From Lingula anatina (lineage: Eukaryota > Animalia > Brachiopoda), in the NCBI GenBank assembly GCA_051362555.1, contig CM120642.1, positions 23,746,001-23,810,000 on the forward strand: DNA of 64,000 bases, in the 5' to 3' direction. The position numbers and the translations under genes were made by a program. The notes beneath the pieces are model-generated. The model was not told where the DNA came from and made no database searches. It worked only from the letters and a program-made list of their open reading frames with translations. Below are positions 1-11,593 of the stretch, piece after piece. Numbering within the stretch: position 1 is the stretch's first letter; the number at the start of each line of letters is the position of its first letter.

Positions 1-919
1 TTATTAGTTAAATAATGAGACTGTTAACATGCCTAATAATTGAATCTGAAGACATGTGAAAAAACAGTATAACTTCTAAAATAATGGCCCGATTATGCTG
101 ATTTTCGAACTCATCCTGCGTTTTAGTAAGATTGACCACTCCTGTGAGTATAATTACAATTGGCCAATCCGTTTTTCTTATATTGTGCTATCAGTGTTGC
201 ATTTATATTGAAAATAGTGAATAAACAGCATAAATTCCCTAAAAATGGCCCAATCATGCTGATTTTCGAACTTGACCTGCGTATTATGAATATTCATCAG
301 TTCTGTAAGTTTCAAGTCAAAAGGTAAAATGGTTTTCTACTTATCGTGTTATCGGTGCTGCATATATGCTGAAAAAAGTGAAAAAACAGCATAAATTCCC
401 TAAAAGTGACCCAATCATGCTGATTTTCGAACTCGACCTGCGTATTATGAATATTCATCAGTTCTGTAAGTTTCAAGTCAAAAGGTAAAATGGTTTTCCA
501 CTTATCGTGTTATCGGTGCTGCATATATGCTGAAAAAAGTGAAAAAACAGCATAAATTCCCTAAAAGTGACCCGATCATGCTGATTTTCGAACTTGACCT
601 GCGTATTATGAATATTCATCAGTTCTGTAAGTTTCAAGTCAAAAGGTAAAAGGTTTTCCACTTATCGTGTTATCGGTGCTGCATATATGCTGAAAAAAGT
701 GAAAAAAACAGCATAAATTCCCTAAAAGTGACCCGATCATGCTGATTTTCGAACTTGACCTGCGTATTATGAATATTCATCAGTTCTGCAAGTTTCAAGT
801 CAAAAGGTAAAATGGTTTTCCACTTATCATGTTATCGGTAAAAGTGCACGGCGACGACGGCGACGACAGACGCAGATGATGGCTATATGTACAGACACAT
901 CTGTGTCTGTACATAAAAA
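1..919 (-). mobile_element. HINE/pearl-like non-autonomous Helentron-type element, copy 1 (truncated by window edge), with ~161-bp internal tandem array
   Basis: Unit marker AAACAGYATAA recurs at ~63, 223, 384, 545, 707; (CGA/CGG)n-like microsatellite 849-873; palindrome TATGTACAGACACA-TC-TGTGTCTGTACATA at 886-915 followed by an A-run. Positions 1-220 align with 7040-7260 of copy 2. Confidence 0.75.
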
Positions 920-947
920 GACGTGTTCTGTCATTTTTTTCACTCAC

Positions 948-1114
948 TCTTGTTCAATCTGTCGCAGTTTTTGTTCCGCTTGAGCACGCGCCATGTTGTT
1001 TGGCCATGGTTGCTGCTGCTGCTGCTGTTTGGTCATGTTAACATGCTGTGACATGTTCACTACATCGGCCAGACGAGCCTTGTGTTGCTGGCTTTGCATG
1101 TGTTTGGTAAATTT
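948..1114 (-). CDS. Matrin-3/ZNF638/RBM20-like zinc-finger protein, coding exon 7 (gene continues left of window)
   Basis: Acceptor ttccag at 1115, donor gtgagt at 947. Reads KFTKHMQSQQHKARLADVVNMSQHVNMTKQQQQQQPWPNNMARAQAEQKLRQIEQ and supplies H-x5-H of the matrin-type finger. Confidence 0.85.
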
Positions 1115-1374
1115 CTGGAATAATTAAATCAAAAGGTTTGTTAATTTTCCATTTAACAGCTTTAAAAGACAGTAAATGAGTGCTCACAAGTCTCAGTATG
1201 TTCCATCAGGTTCGGAATCAAAACCCTTAAATTACTCAAGAGAGTTATATGGAAATAAATACATATGCACACGTCTTAACATTTCTTCCTTTAACAGAAC
1301 TGTGATAAAATTGACCACTATACACTGGTAATTTACAGGCCTGGGCTGTTAATACAAGTCCTGGCACATATTAC

Positions 1375-1434
1375 CTCCTGGTTCTGGCATGGCACTCCGC
1401 ACACATGGCAATGAAACTTTCCCTGCCCCTCTGA
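1375..1434 (-). CDS. Matrin-3/ZNF638/RBM20-like protein, coding exon 6
   Basis: tttcag|SEGQGKFHCHVCGVPCQNQE|gtaa; with exon 7 forms C-x2-C-x12-H-x5-H. Confidence 0.85.
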
Positions 1435-1686
1435 CTGAAACACAGAACATCAACAAAAATTAAGTAAATTCTACAAGAACTTCAACATATACTCCCTCCC
1501 CTGTAATTTTCAATGCTACAACTAAAATACTTCTACGAATACAAATTTTTTTATTTTTTTTTTTTGCCAAGAAATATATAGTAAGAATGCTGCTGTTAAT
1601 TTTCTTTCCAATGTTATATAACTTTTTGAGTTTATTCTGTTACCTAATAGAGAAACAAAGGCAAAATATTACCTCTTTGGCAAAGG

Positions 1687-1719
<33 letters not shown>

Positions 1720-1740
1720 TGGTGCCTCTAATCAACTCAC

Positions 1741-1863
1741 CTTACTGTCCTTGGCTGCCTCTCTGTTAGGGATGGTCACTTTGAGATCTCCTGCTGCACT
1801 GACCTCTCTCTTACTCAACTGACCGCTATGACGTCTCTTATCTCCAGCACGGGGTTGGTCCTC
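1741..1863 (-). CDS. Matrin-3/ZNF638/RBM20-like protein, coding exon 5
   Basis: tttatag|EDQPRAGDKRRHSGQLSKREVSAAGDLKVTIPNREAAKDSK|gtgagt; 123 nt, phase 0-0. Confidence 0.8.
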
Positions 1864-2105
1864 CTATAAAACACAAACAAAACAGCACTGAATATACTGG
1901 GAGAACTGCAATGGTGGCAGTCAAATTAAAAAAATTCATATCGGGTTACTTGTTCACATTTACTTCTCACTTTTGAGGCTGAACTCTAAGTAATGACCCC
2001 TGTTTTATTTCAGATAAAATGTGACACAAACAAATCCAACAGGTGACAAGATGGTTGAAAAAAAATTTTTTTCAAGAAGGCGTCAAAGTAAAATTATACA
2101 CTTAC

Positions 2106-2161
2106 ATCTTCAGTTGGTTCAGCTGGGTCGTACACATCCGCAGATTCCTTGGCCGATTTCC
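2106..2161 (-). CDS. Matrin-3/ZNF638/RBM20-like protein, coding exon 4
   Basis: cttttag|(G)KSAKESADVYDPAEPTED|gtaag; the YDPxxPT motif is recalled from RBM20/ZNF638; phase 1-0 fits both neighbours. Confidence 0.8.
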
Positions 2162-3304
2162 CTAAAAGAGTTCAAAATTTATATCAGTATAACATCTTTG
2201 TTAAAAGTTTGCACTGAATCATGTGTTGCCCTCATTGATGCACTCCTGCAACCTGAAATGTTCCAAATAAATAATACTTAAAAAAAAAAAAAAAGAGAGA
2301 AAAGAAGAAAATACCGTAAAGGTGTGATGAAAGGACTTGTGTAGTCAAGAGGTTCAGACACACCTTGTTGACAATGCTATCAATGCATCAGGAAACTGAG
2401 GAAGAGGACAAGAATTGCAAGAAAAGAAGAGAAATTCGAGAAATTGGTTTGAGAGTAGAAAGAGAGAGGCTATCAGAGAAAAAAAAGAAAACATTTGGTA
2501 TATCCCCTGAAATAAACATAAGCTCAGCACAAGCTTTGAACTATAGTCTAACTCAGTGCTGATTCTTAAAAGTAACATTTCGAAATAAAAGGCAAAGGTG
2601 TAGTTTATACAATCATAAAAATCTAAACACTACAAAATTATAGAGGGAGCCTAAAATAAAACATTCAGGTAGTTGGGAAGGACAACATACCCAGTTCCAA
2701 CTAACATCCCAGAACTAGAAAATGTAGAAGCTTGACTTGTACAGATGGTAGAATATCACAAAATGCTTTTTTATGATCATCCCAAAGGCAATTTTATTGT
2801 GACCATCAGAAAAATCTTCAAAAGTTATGAAATATCTAAGGGGAAGTAGTATGCAAGTACAAAAAGCGTTTGAAGCACGTTACCAGTGTAATGTCCGACT
2901 CTGTTCACCATCTTCTGATTAAAATTGGACCAGCTTTAAAAAAATATTAGAAGATGTAATACACTGGACCAATAAAACAAGAACAACTTGTCAAAGCTTG
3001 TTGCTAGCTAGTCACAGGCCAGATAAGAAGAGCAATTGTCAAATATTTTATGCTTTCTGATTTGTTCCTTTCTAGGAGGTGTATCTACAGAAAAACATGG
3101 ATAAACATGTAATAACCATTCACTTAACGTAAGAAGATGCATAAGTACTTTTTCGGGCAGGGTGTTCCAAAAATGGGGAAAAAAAATACATTGCTGAAGA
3201 TAAATTAAGTACAATCGGGTCATCGGACAGAGAGAGATGCCAGAAACAATTACAACTGAAGAAAATACAAGTAGGTGTGTGTATGTATTCCCTTTTGGCT
3301 CTTC

Positions 3305-5782
3305 TAGTCCGGTTGCTTAGGGCAAAAAAATGGCCAAATCGTGACACGGCGGATAAAAGCACCAAATTTTGCATGTGGGTACCTTTTGACATACTAAATC
3401 AAATTAGAGCTGTAGCCCACGGAAAAAATTTACCGTTTGGCCAAAAAATCCAAAATGGCCGCCAATTTGTGAAATTCTGTAGAAATATATACAAACCTAT
3501 GTTGATTTTTATCAAATTAAGTATTTTCTCAATGTTTTCCACATCCTTATTACCCATATTATGCATATGTGTCAGGTAACAAAGTAGTGTCCTTGGACTT
3601 TTTGAAAAATCCAAGATGGCCGCCATATGGCATAGGAATACTAGATCTTGTACACAGGTTTTCAACTAACTAATGTCAACTAGGAAGATGCATTGCCCAC
3701 TATCTAATTGTTTTTTATTACACAAATAATATATTTGTGGTGAGTAACTAACCTTTATTCTCAGGCATTTCGAGTAAAATCCAAGATGGCCGCCATATCA
3801 AAGGAATACTAGTGTACACATAGGGCTTCTTCTGCCATGGAGATATAATATTAATTGATAAATTTGGTTTGTTTCTGAGTATTTTCCACATCTTTTTAAT
3901 TCACATAAGATATATATATATGATGAGAATGTTATGTGTATCCTTTTTGAAAAGAAAACAAAACAAAATGGCTGCCATTAGCCATAGAAGGTGGGGTTCA
4001 GTTAATACCTGCGGGAGATAGGCTTACATATAAAATGAAGCTGATTTCAGTTGTTATTCTGTTTTTTTATTATTATTATCCCATGATACATATCTGTTAG
4101 GTAATTAATGTCCATATTTTATCATTTTGGGGAAATCCAAGATGGCCTTCTTTTCCCCATAGGAAAACTGGTGCATTAGATTTTATAGGCACTTCTAAGG
4201 CAAATGAGGGTAATCATGATATTTTGTCAAAATACTTAAGGGTATACACGTTACCCACCAGATAGATATCTAAAAGTCCAAAAAGAATGTGGGAAATACC
4301 GAGAAACAAAATTAATTTTACATTGAACCCAATGTCTCTCTGGCGGTAGTTGAATGTACTATTCCTATTGTGAATTGCAGCAATCTTGAATTTTCTCAAA
4401 TGCGCAAGATGCACACTTGCTACACACCAGATTTATATAGAGTAAGATTAATAAGGATGTCAACATGTTTGAACATCAAACAGCTTTATTTCATGTTGAA
4501 ATCAATGCCTGAACTGTTCCATTAATTGACACCTATTTTCATTTGAATGATATATTCCTATGACAACTGGCAGCTATTTTGGGTTTTCTCCAAATAATAC
4601 CCAAGGATACATACACTTTCTACACACACGAAGTCTTTCATAAGGATAAATAGGATATGAAAAACATTTTAAAATGATGTAAAGTTAACTGCAATAAACC
4701 ATATGCCTCTCTAGCAGCAATTGAAACCCACCCATTTGTATTCCTATGTCAAATTGTAGCTATCTTGGATTTTCTCAGAATATCCAAGGTTGTACACTAT
4801 TTACCCACCAGATACATATCATAGGACTATTAAGGATGGGCAAAACTTGATAAGCAAACACAATTTCACCCTGGTAGTAGATGAAAAGCCATGGATGTGC
4901 AGTTGTAATTCCAGTAGTATTCCTATGGCCAATGACGGCCATCTTGGATTTTCTCAAAATGATCAAATATGCACATTTATTACCTGCTAGATATGTATCA
5001 CAGTGTAATAATTATGTGTAAAACACTAAAAAAATAAACTGAATTTGATAGTGAATTAGCTGGCATTAGTTCCAACCCTTTGTAACACTAGAAGTGTTCC
5101 TATGACATATGGCGGCCATCTTGGATTTTCTCAAAATGCCCAGGAATACAAGTTAGTTACTCACCACATACATATTGTGTGGGTGGAAAGGATGTGGAAA
5201 ACACCCAGAAACAAACTTAATTTGATAGTGGAAAATTAATCTTTCCAGTTGCCATTAGTTGAATCCCCCGTATACTAGAATTCCTGTGGCACATGGCAGC
5301 CATCTTGGATTTTCCGAAATGCCCAAGAACACTTCGCAGTTACTCACCACAAACATATTATGTGGGTGACAAAAATCTGAGAAACAGACTTAATTTGATA
5401 GTGGACAACGTATCTGTCTATAGCTGGTATTAGTTGTGCACTAGTATTCCTATGGCTGTTTCTATGGCATATGACAGCCATCTTGGATTTTTTCAAAAAG
5501 TCCAAGGGAACTTGTTTGCTATCTGACATATATGAATAAAATGGGTAATAAGGGTGTGGAAAACTCTGAGAAAATAATTTATTTGATAAAAATCAACATA
5601 GGTATGTACACATTTCTATAGAATTCCATAAATTGGCGGCCATTTTGGATTTTTTGCCAAACGGTAATTTTTTTCCGTGGGCTACGGCTCTAATTTGATT
5701 TAGTATGTCAAAAGGTACCCACATGCAAAATTTAGTGCTTTTATCCGCCGTGTCACGATTTTTTCCTTAAGCCACCGGACTA
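3305..5782. mobile_element. Foldback-like non-autonomous DNA transposon (~2.5 kb) with long TIRs and internal ~175-185-bp subrepeats
   Basis: Begins TAGTCCGGT and ends ACCGGACTA; 3305-~3640 is the near reverse complement of ~5450-5782. Motif CAARATGGCYGCC at ~3452, 3611, 3781, 3965, 4137 and inverted at ~4938, 5111, 5295, 5476, 5636. No transposase ORF. Confidence 0.85.
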
Positions 5783-5911
5783 TTCATAGTTTACCTGTCT
5801 AACCAATAACACAGAGAACAGGAGCACAAGGCTTGCAATGTAAAAGCGGCAGTCTATATAACAAATGGGTTATGCCAATCGGTAAGCAACAAGTTTTAAG
5901 TGTTAAGAAAA

Positions 5912-7499
5912 AACAAGGCAGCAAAGCTGTCAAATGTACAGACAAAAAGCAGGAAATAACAAAATAGGCTACTGTCAATTCTGATGCAAAAGTACATTAT
6001 GTTAAACTGCAAATTCAACATCAAATTTTAATTATGCTCAACAGGTAATACCAATGTAAGCTTCAGGCCCATGTAAAACTTCCAGAAAAAGAAGTCAATT
6101 AGACTGCTTTTCCAACTCAGGCTGCATTTTAGTCCTGTATTTCTTTTTTGAAAGTTTGGCAATCATAAGTAACATGGTTTTCCCATAATGGTCATCATGG
6201 CTGCAGCACCCAAAATTGTGTTTTCTTCTATTCTGATGCAGTATTACATAATGGTTAACAGCACAATGACAATCAATTTTTAATAACAAAATATATGTAT
6301 CATGGATTTTCAGAAAATGTGACTAGCCTGGGTCTTCAAGCCTGTGGAACTTCAAAGTCACACCTTGAAAATGCCAATATGTGAAAAATTAAATTTTCAC
6401 AAAAAAACTGTTTATCTGGCATATTGCATTGCCTACTGAAGCTGTATTTTAGTCCCATGTTTCTTTCCTGTAAGTTTGAGAACAGTAAGTGACATGGTTT
6501 TTCTTAAAAGGTAATCATGGGAGCAGTGCCCAAAATAGGTTTTTTTCAAATTTTGATGCAATATTACATAATGTTTAACAGCATAATGACCATCAATTTT
6601 TAATAATAAAATATTAGTATCATGGATATTCAGAAAATGTGACTAGCAAAGGTCTTCAGGCCCATGGAACTTCAAAGGCACAACTTGAAAATGCCAAAAT
6701 GTAAACAAGACAGCACTGTTCTGAAATGTTTTTTTCCCCATTTTTAACAATTTTTAACATAAAATTAACAGTTTACTGCCATTTTTATATGATCAACTAA
6801 GAAAATTGATGAGATGAGAAAAGTATCAATAGAGCAGTGTTAAATGTCCAATTTCTTCCATTCTGAGATTCTGAACATAGTGAATGATTGAATCTGACAA
6901 ATTGCAATGATATGAGTTTATTTCCATTTTTGAAACTTTATTACACAATACACGATAACATGTTCACCATCATTTTTACAAAATCAACTAACAATGTTGT
7001 AAAGATGCAGGAAATGTCAAACAAACACTTTCACGTATCTTATTAGTTTAATAATGAGACTGTTAACATGCCTAAAAATTGAATCTGAGGAAATGTGAAA
7101 AAACAGCATACCTTCTAAAATAATGGCACGATTATGCTGATTTACGAACTCAACCTGCATTTTAGTAAAATTGACCACTCCTGTGAGTTTCATGACAACA
7201 GGCCTATCGGTTTACCTTGAAATGTGTTAACAGTGTTGCATATATGCTAAAAAGTGAAAAAACAGCATAACTACTAAAATAGTGGCCCGATCATGCCGAT
7301 TTTCGAACTTGACCTGCGTTTTATGAATATTAGTCAGCGCTGTAAATATAAAGCCAAAAAGTAAAACTGTCTTCCACTTATGGTGTTAACGCTGAAAGTG
7401 CACGGCGACGGCGACAGCGACGGCGACATGATCGGCGACGGCGACGACAGACGCAGGTGATGGCAATATGTACAGACACATCTGTGTCTGTACATAAAA
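5912..7499 (-). mobile_element. HINE/pearl-like Helentron-type element, copy 2 (apparently complete, ~1.6 kb)
   Basis: Right end: 14-bp-arm palindrome 7467-7496 identical to copy 1, plus (CGG/CGA)n microsatellite ~7403-7455. Interior: ~160-bp units and a ~320-bp duplication (6124/6445). Left end: subterminal repeat ATGTACAGACA 5934-5944, small stem-loop GGCAGC-AAA-GCTGTC and terminal AACAAG. Confidence 0.75.
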
Positions 7500-7624
7500 A
7501 TTCAAATAAGAAGAAGACTACAAAGAGCCTGTGTGGTGCATATCTAGTGTATGTGTCTCTGGCACTGTGACAGCATAGAAAAGTAGCAACAGCCACAAGA
7601 ACCTCTTGTGCACCCGTTTTTTAC

Positions 7625-7721
7625 CTTCTGACCATCTTGATTTACGTTGTCCAGAAGAGTCCCTGTGCTGGCTATCATGGCGTCTCGTCTGCGAGCCTGG
7701 GAATTGCTGGCGAGATTGCCC
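7625..7721 (-). CDS. Matrin-3/ZNF638/RBM20-like protein, coding exon 3
   Basis: Polypyrimidine tract and ctcag|GQSRQQFPGSQTRRHDSQHRDSSGQRKSRWSE(G)|gtaaaa; 97 nt, phase 0-1, keeps the frame between exons 2 and 4. Confidence 0.75.
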
Positions 7722-8104
7722 CTGAGACGGAGATGATAAAATGGACATAAAGAATCGAGGCAAAGAATAGAGCACATAAACAATGCACTGTGCAAAGTAA
7801 TGACCCTGCATTGTTTTCAATTAGAAGCTAATTAATAAACAGGACGATTGCTGGGAAGCTTATGCTCACATGACCTAATCATCAAGGAGATAAAAACATT
7901 GCATTTGAAGTATTATTATACAATGTACTGGTGTGTCTAAGAGAGAAGATTTTTTTTACTTCTTTTGAGGATGGCAAAAACATATTACACACTATACCAC
8001 TCCCAGCAAATCTGGAGTCCACTAGAGCAACTTGATACTTAAAACAAACAAGTCCATATCACTTTCTGTGCTCATCTTTTCCTAAAAAGGTAAAGACCAC
8101 AGTT

Positions 8105-8157
8105 GGGATGGGGTGGGGGGGTGGGGGGTGGGGGGTGGGGGGGGAGGGGAACGGGGG
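8105..8157 (+). repeat. G-run tract (potential G-quadruplex)
   Basis: About eight consecutive runs of 3 or more G separated by 1-3 nt; intronic. Confidence 0.6.
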
Positions 8158-9494
8158 ACACAAAGATATCATCCGTCCCACTTTTCTTGACAAATATAAA
8201 ACTAAGAGCACATGAAGGCAATTTTACTGTTATATTTAGGGGGCAGGGATGGTAAAATGGTCTTTTGTTTCATCATGTTTTTAAATGCTTTTTATACTCT
8301 CTATCTTTCACATACACAGACACAACACACACACACATACCCACACACCTTTTTGGGTGGTGGGGGGTGGGCGCAGAGTGGGAAGGAGAAAAGACAAAGG
8401 GAATCTTTGGAGCAAGTAGAAATTGTTTCATCTTCATTATGAGTTAGGCAAGTCTGAAAACACTTAACTGGCTATGTCTTTGGTGTTCAAATTAAAGGCA
8501 GTAAGAAGTTTGTCAAAAAATTATCTCATCTTAATATAATGTAACTGATCTCCTCAACACTGTTTTTGCATGCTCAGAATGGTCTTACAGGGGTTTGGGA
8601 AGGGGAAAAGAATCCAGGGTTTGTTTTGGGGAGGGGGGGGGGGGGTAACAAACCTGAAATCCTGAAAACTTCTTCATCAAGAAGGAAAATAAACACCAGG
8701 TGGTTGTAAAAATACTGCTTATTGAAAACCATCAGACTTGGACAAATGTAAAAAATAATAAGTGTTTAAAATATAAAAACCTGTAATTCAAGAGAGCATG
8801 CAATTCATACAAAAGAGCACACACAACATCAGGGTAAAGATTTGAAAAATAAGGGCAGTGGCTGATTATTTTTTTCTCGAAATGAAGGAATGCAGGATAA
8901 ACAGATTTGGCAATTCTAAAACGGCCCTTAGTTGGTGAAAGCTAGTATTTCTTCAATTGCCCATGAGCTTACAGAGGGATTTACGAATGTATTTACTGGG
9001 CAAGGCATCCAAGTTGTATATCTTCCACCTTACATGGTGGCTAGTAAGTCTTTCATAAACCTCTAGACGATCAAGAAAAAGGTACAAAACTGGATGACTG
9101 GATGTGAAATTTCCCACTTCCTAAGGAAAATCAATTATCTAACAAGTAAATACCAACCTCTTAGGAAAAAGGGTGTTTAGAAACCGGTGTCAAGGGATTA
9201 ATTCTCCGTAAAAAAAAGAAGTGAACAATTAAAGAAAAACAATTTGGAGATTGAATTTATATCATATTTTAGTGAGATAAAAAAAGAAGTATGAGCATTT
9301 TAAAGAATCAACATCCATTGACTTCAAGAGCTGATGCATGTGTTTAGTATTAAAAATGTCAGGAACATACTTATTTCTTAACATACTGGTAAAATAAGGC
9401 CTCTTAATGCAAAATTAACAGCTAAATTTCTATTAACATTGAACAGTACATGTTCGAGGATAAAATGTTGGTTGAATTCCGCACTAATACTCAC

Positions 9495-9697
9495 CCCAGT
9501 GTCCATACGTCGCCTTTTAGGATCTGACGGGGAAGGCAGCAAACTTCTCACTGGCATAGGGGGTGGTCGCAAGGGGGCATTTCCCAGCAGACCACTGTTA
9601 CCGCCACCCCCAATGTTCCCCCTCATCCCCCCACCCATGCCGGCAGGTCTAGTCTGGTCCAAACTTAGCAAAGACGGAATGTTGTTGGCCTGGTTAC
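9495..9697 (-). CDS. Matrin-3/ZNF638/RBM20-like protein, coding exon 2
   Basis: ctgtag|(G)NQANNIPSLLSLDQTRPAGMGGGMRGNIGGGGNSGLLGNAPLRPPPMPVRSLLPSPSDPKRRRMDTG|gtgagt; NLS-like PKRRR; overlaps ORF 9378..9671. Confidence 0.85.
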
Positions 9698-10040
9698 CTA
9701 CAGAGGAAACATCATCATCACTATCTTCTGAATCTCAGGGTCATTTTAGACCACTGATAAAAATGTGGGGAATTTTCTACCTTGGTCACCAGACACAAAG
9801 AATATTATGGAGATAGGGAAAGATCGGAAGATCTGCACTACAAGAAATCTACAGTCAGGTCATTCCAATTCTGTGCTGGTCCAACATAAGTCTTTTAATT
9901 TCTATTAGTCCATGTTAACATGTGATTTATCAAGTAAAATTTTGTTTTTTCATATAAACCTTGCCAGACCAGAAGACCTGTAATAACAAATATCTTGCAG
10001 GTCTTCTGGCATTACAAGCAGTCTGTGTCACTGCCCTTAA

Positions 10041-10376
10041 AGGGATAATAACTCTTCGTATGAGATCTATATTTCACAATAAAAACATTGTGAATAACTC
10101 ATAGAAATATAATATATTCTGTTTTACCACAAAAACTGCAGTTATAGCTATTTTTTCTGATATCTGAGCTTGTCTTTAGACCACGTGACCTCCATTGATG
10201 GCTATACTCTGTTAAAATCTCTTAAGAGATTTTAACAAAAAACCAAACTTTTTAGAAAAAAAACAGGGACTAACTTTGAATGTAAAAATGGATTCATTAA
10301 CCATTGGTAAGTATGGGAAAATTGTTTACTCCAGGAAAATTCATTTTTTTGGCCGAAACGAAGAGTTATAATCCCT
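10041..10376. mobile_element. MITE with TTAA target-site duplication (Kolobok-like termini)
   Basis: TTAA|AGGGATAATAACTCTTCGT ... ACGAAGAGTTATAATCCCT|TTAA; internal palindrome TGTTAAAATCTCTTAAGAGATTTTAACA at ~10210-10237. Confidence 0.8.
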
Positions 10377-10778
10377 TTAAATATGAGATCTTGAAAAAGT
10401 TACACTTAATGGAACCTTATAGCATGAGCTAGCACAGAAAATAATGACCAAAAATAAATCGAAATTTATTTTGCTTTCAATAATTACATCTTATCATTTC
10501 CCACTACAATGGGCTAACAAATATACCAGAGCAAGTACAGATGATTGTAGAAAATCCTTCTTATTTTATTGTGCCCAATATCTTTTCGAATTAGATTCCA
10601 GTTTGAACAAGTTATCTTGGTAGAAGCTAGAATTATTAACTTTTGAGTTACTTTAAGTTTATACGTCCACTTTTTCAGAAGTATATTTTAAATCCTAAAA
10701 TACACTACATATCGAGTTTCAACATTTTAATCTATGACCCTTGTACTCAACATTTTCATCCAAGACCCTTGTACCTAC

Positions 10779-11325
10779 CTCTCTGCCCCATGCCTCCTAT
10801 CCGTCCCATGCCTCCACCCTGGTTGCCAAAACCACCCATGCCTTGGCCTTGCATTCCTTGCTCTGCAGCCATCCTATTGTTGGTAGCACCTTTGATCAAA
10901 TTGGCCACTGCCGCCAGCTGTCTGGACACATCATCCCCCATCCTGTTAGCGCCTCCCAACTGACCCATTCCACCTTCACCAAACCTAGCGCTGTTGTCTG
11001 GGCTGAGTTGACTCTCTTGGTTAAAGCGGCTCATTCCCACGCCGCCCCCATGACCTTGCATTCCCATTCTGCTCCCAACTTCCTGCTGCATTCTGCGATT
11101 GAATCCCTGCCCTCCTCCCATCATGCCTTGCTGTCCCATCCTCCCCTGGGACATGCCCATTCCAGACATCCCCATCTGGGACATCCCCTGTCCCATCATG
11201 CCTTGCCCCATCTGATTCCTGGAGCTTTTGTGGCCATAGTCAAAGGTCTGGGCTGTGTTATTATGTCCGTATTCATAGGAGTCTCCGCTGGGAGCATTTC
11301 CCAGTATTCCTTGGCCTCTGAACAT
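10779..11325 (-). CDS. Matrin-3/ZNF638/RBM20-like protein, coding exon 1 (Gly/Met/Gln-rich low-complexity N-terminus)
   Basis: Acceptor tttcag at 11337, GCCATG start at 11325, donor gtaggt at 10778. MFRGQGILGNAP...FDYGH...GMGQ repeats. Joined CDS 11325-10779, 9697-9495, 7721-7625, 2161-2106, 1863-1741, 1434-1375, 1114-948 stays in frame (~417 codons in window). Family call rests on the DYGH and YDPxxPT motifs and the matrin finger; the exact ortholog is uncertain. Confidence 0.85.
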
Positions 11326-11450
11326 GGCGTTACTGCCTGAAATAAAATGATGAATATTAAAATTAAAAAAAAAAAAACCAACTGATTTTGCACTTGGCAA
11401 AGATAAAGCAAAGAAATGTGGAAAAAAAGTTTAAAACAATAAAAGACCTG

Positions 11451-11593
11451 GCCCCCGTAACTCAAAAGCATTGTGTATTGCAAATAGCGATATCACATAG
11501 AGGCTACAATATTATATGGGACGAGTATGGGCGAGTTATGGAATCGAGACGAGCGCTCGGTTGCAATACGTGATGCTTTCGAGTTACGGGGCC
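11451..11593. mobile_element. Short MITE with 3-bp CTG TSD (PIF/Harbinger-like)
   Basis: CTG|GCCCCCGTAACTCAAAAGCAT ... ATGCTTTCGAGTTACGGGGCC|CTG; inner GTATTGCAA/TTGCAATAC arms. Confidence 0.75.

Noticed and set aside
1-840. Regular repeats as a CRISPR array
   Set aside because: Units are ~161 bp, contiguous and without unique spacers; no cas genes; eukaryotic context.
3277-3665. ORFs in the foldback element as a transposase
   Set aside because: Short, without DDE or other motifs; they lie within the TIR.
10741-11340. 199-aa His/Pro-rich plus-strand ORF
   Set aside because: Antisense shadow of the Gly/Met/Gln-rich exon; splice signals and frame continuity are on the minus strand.
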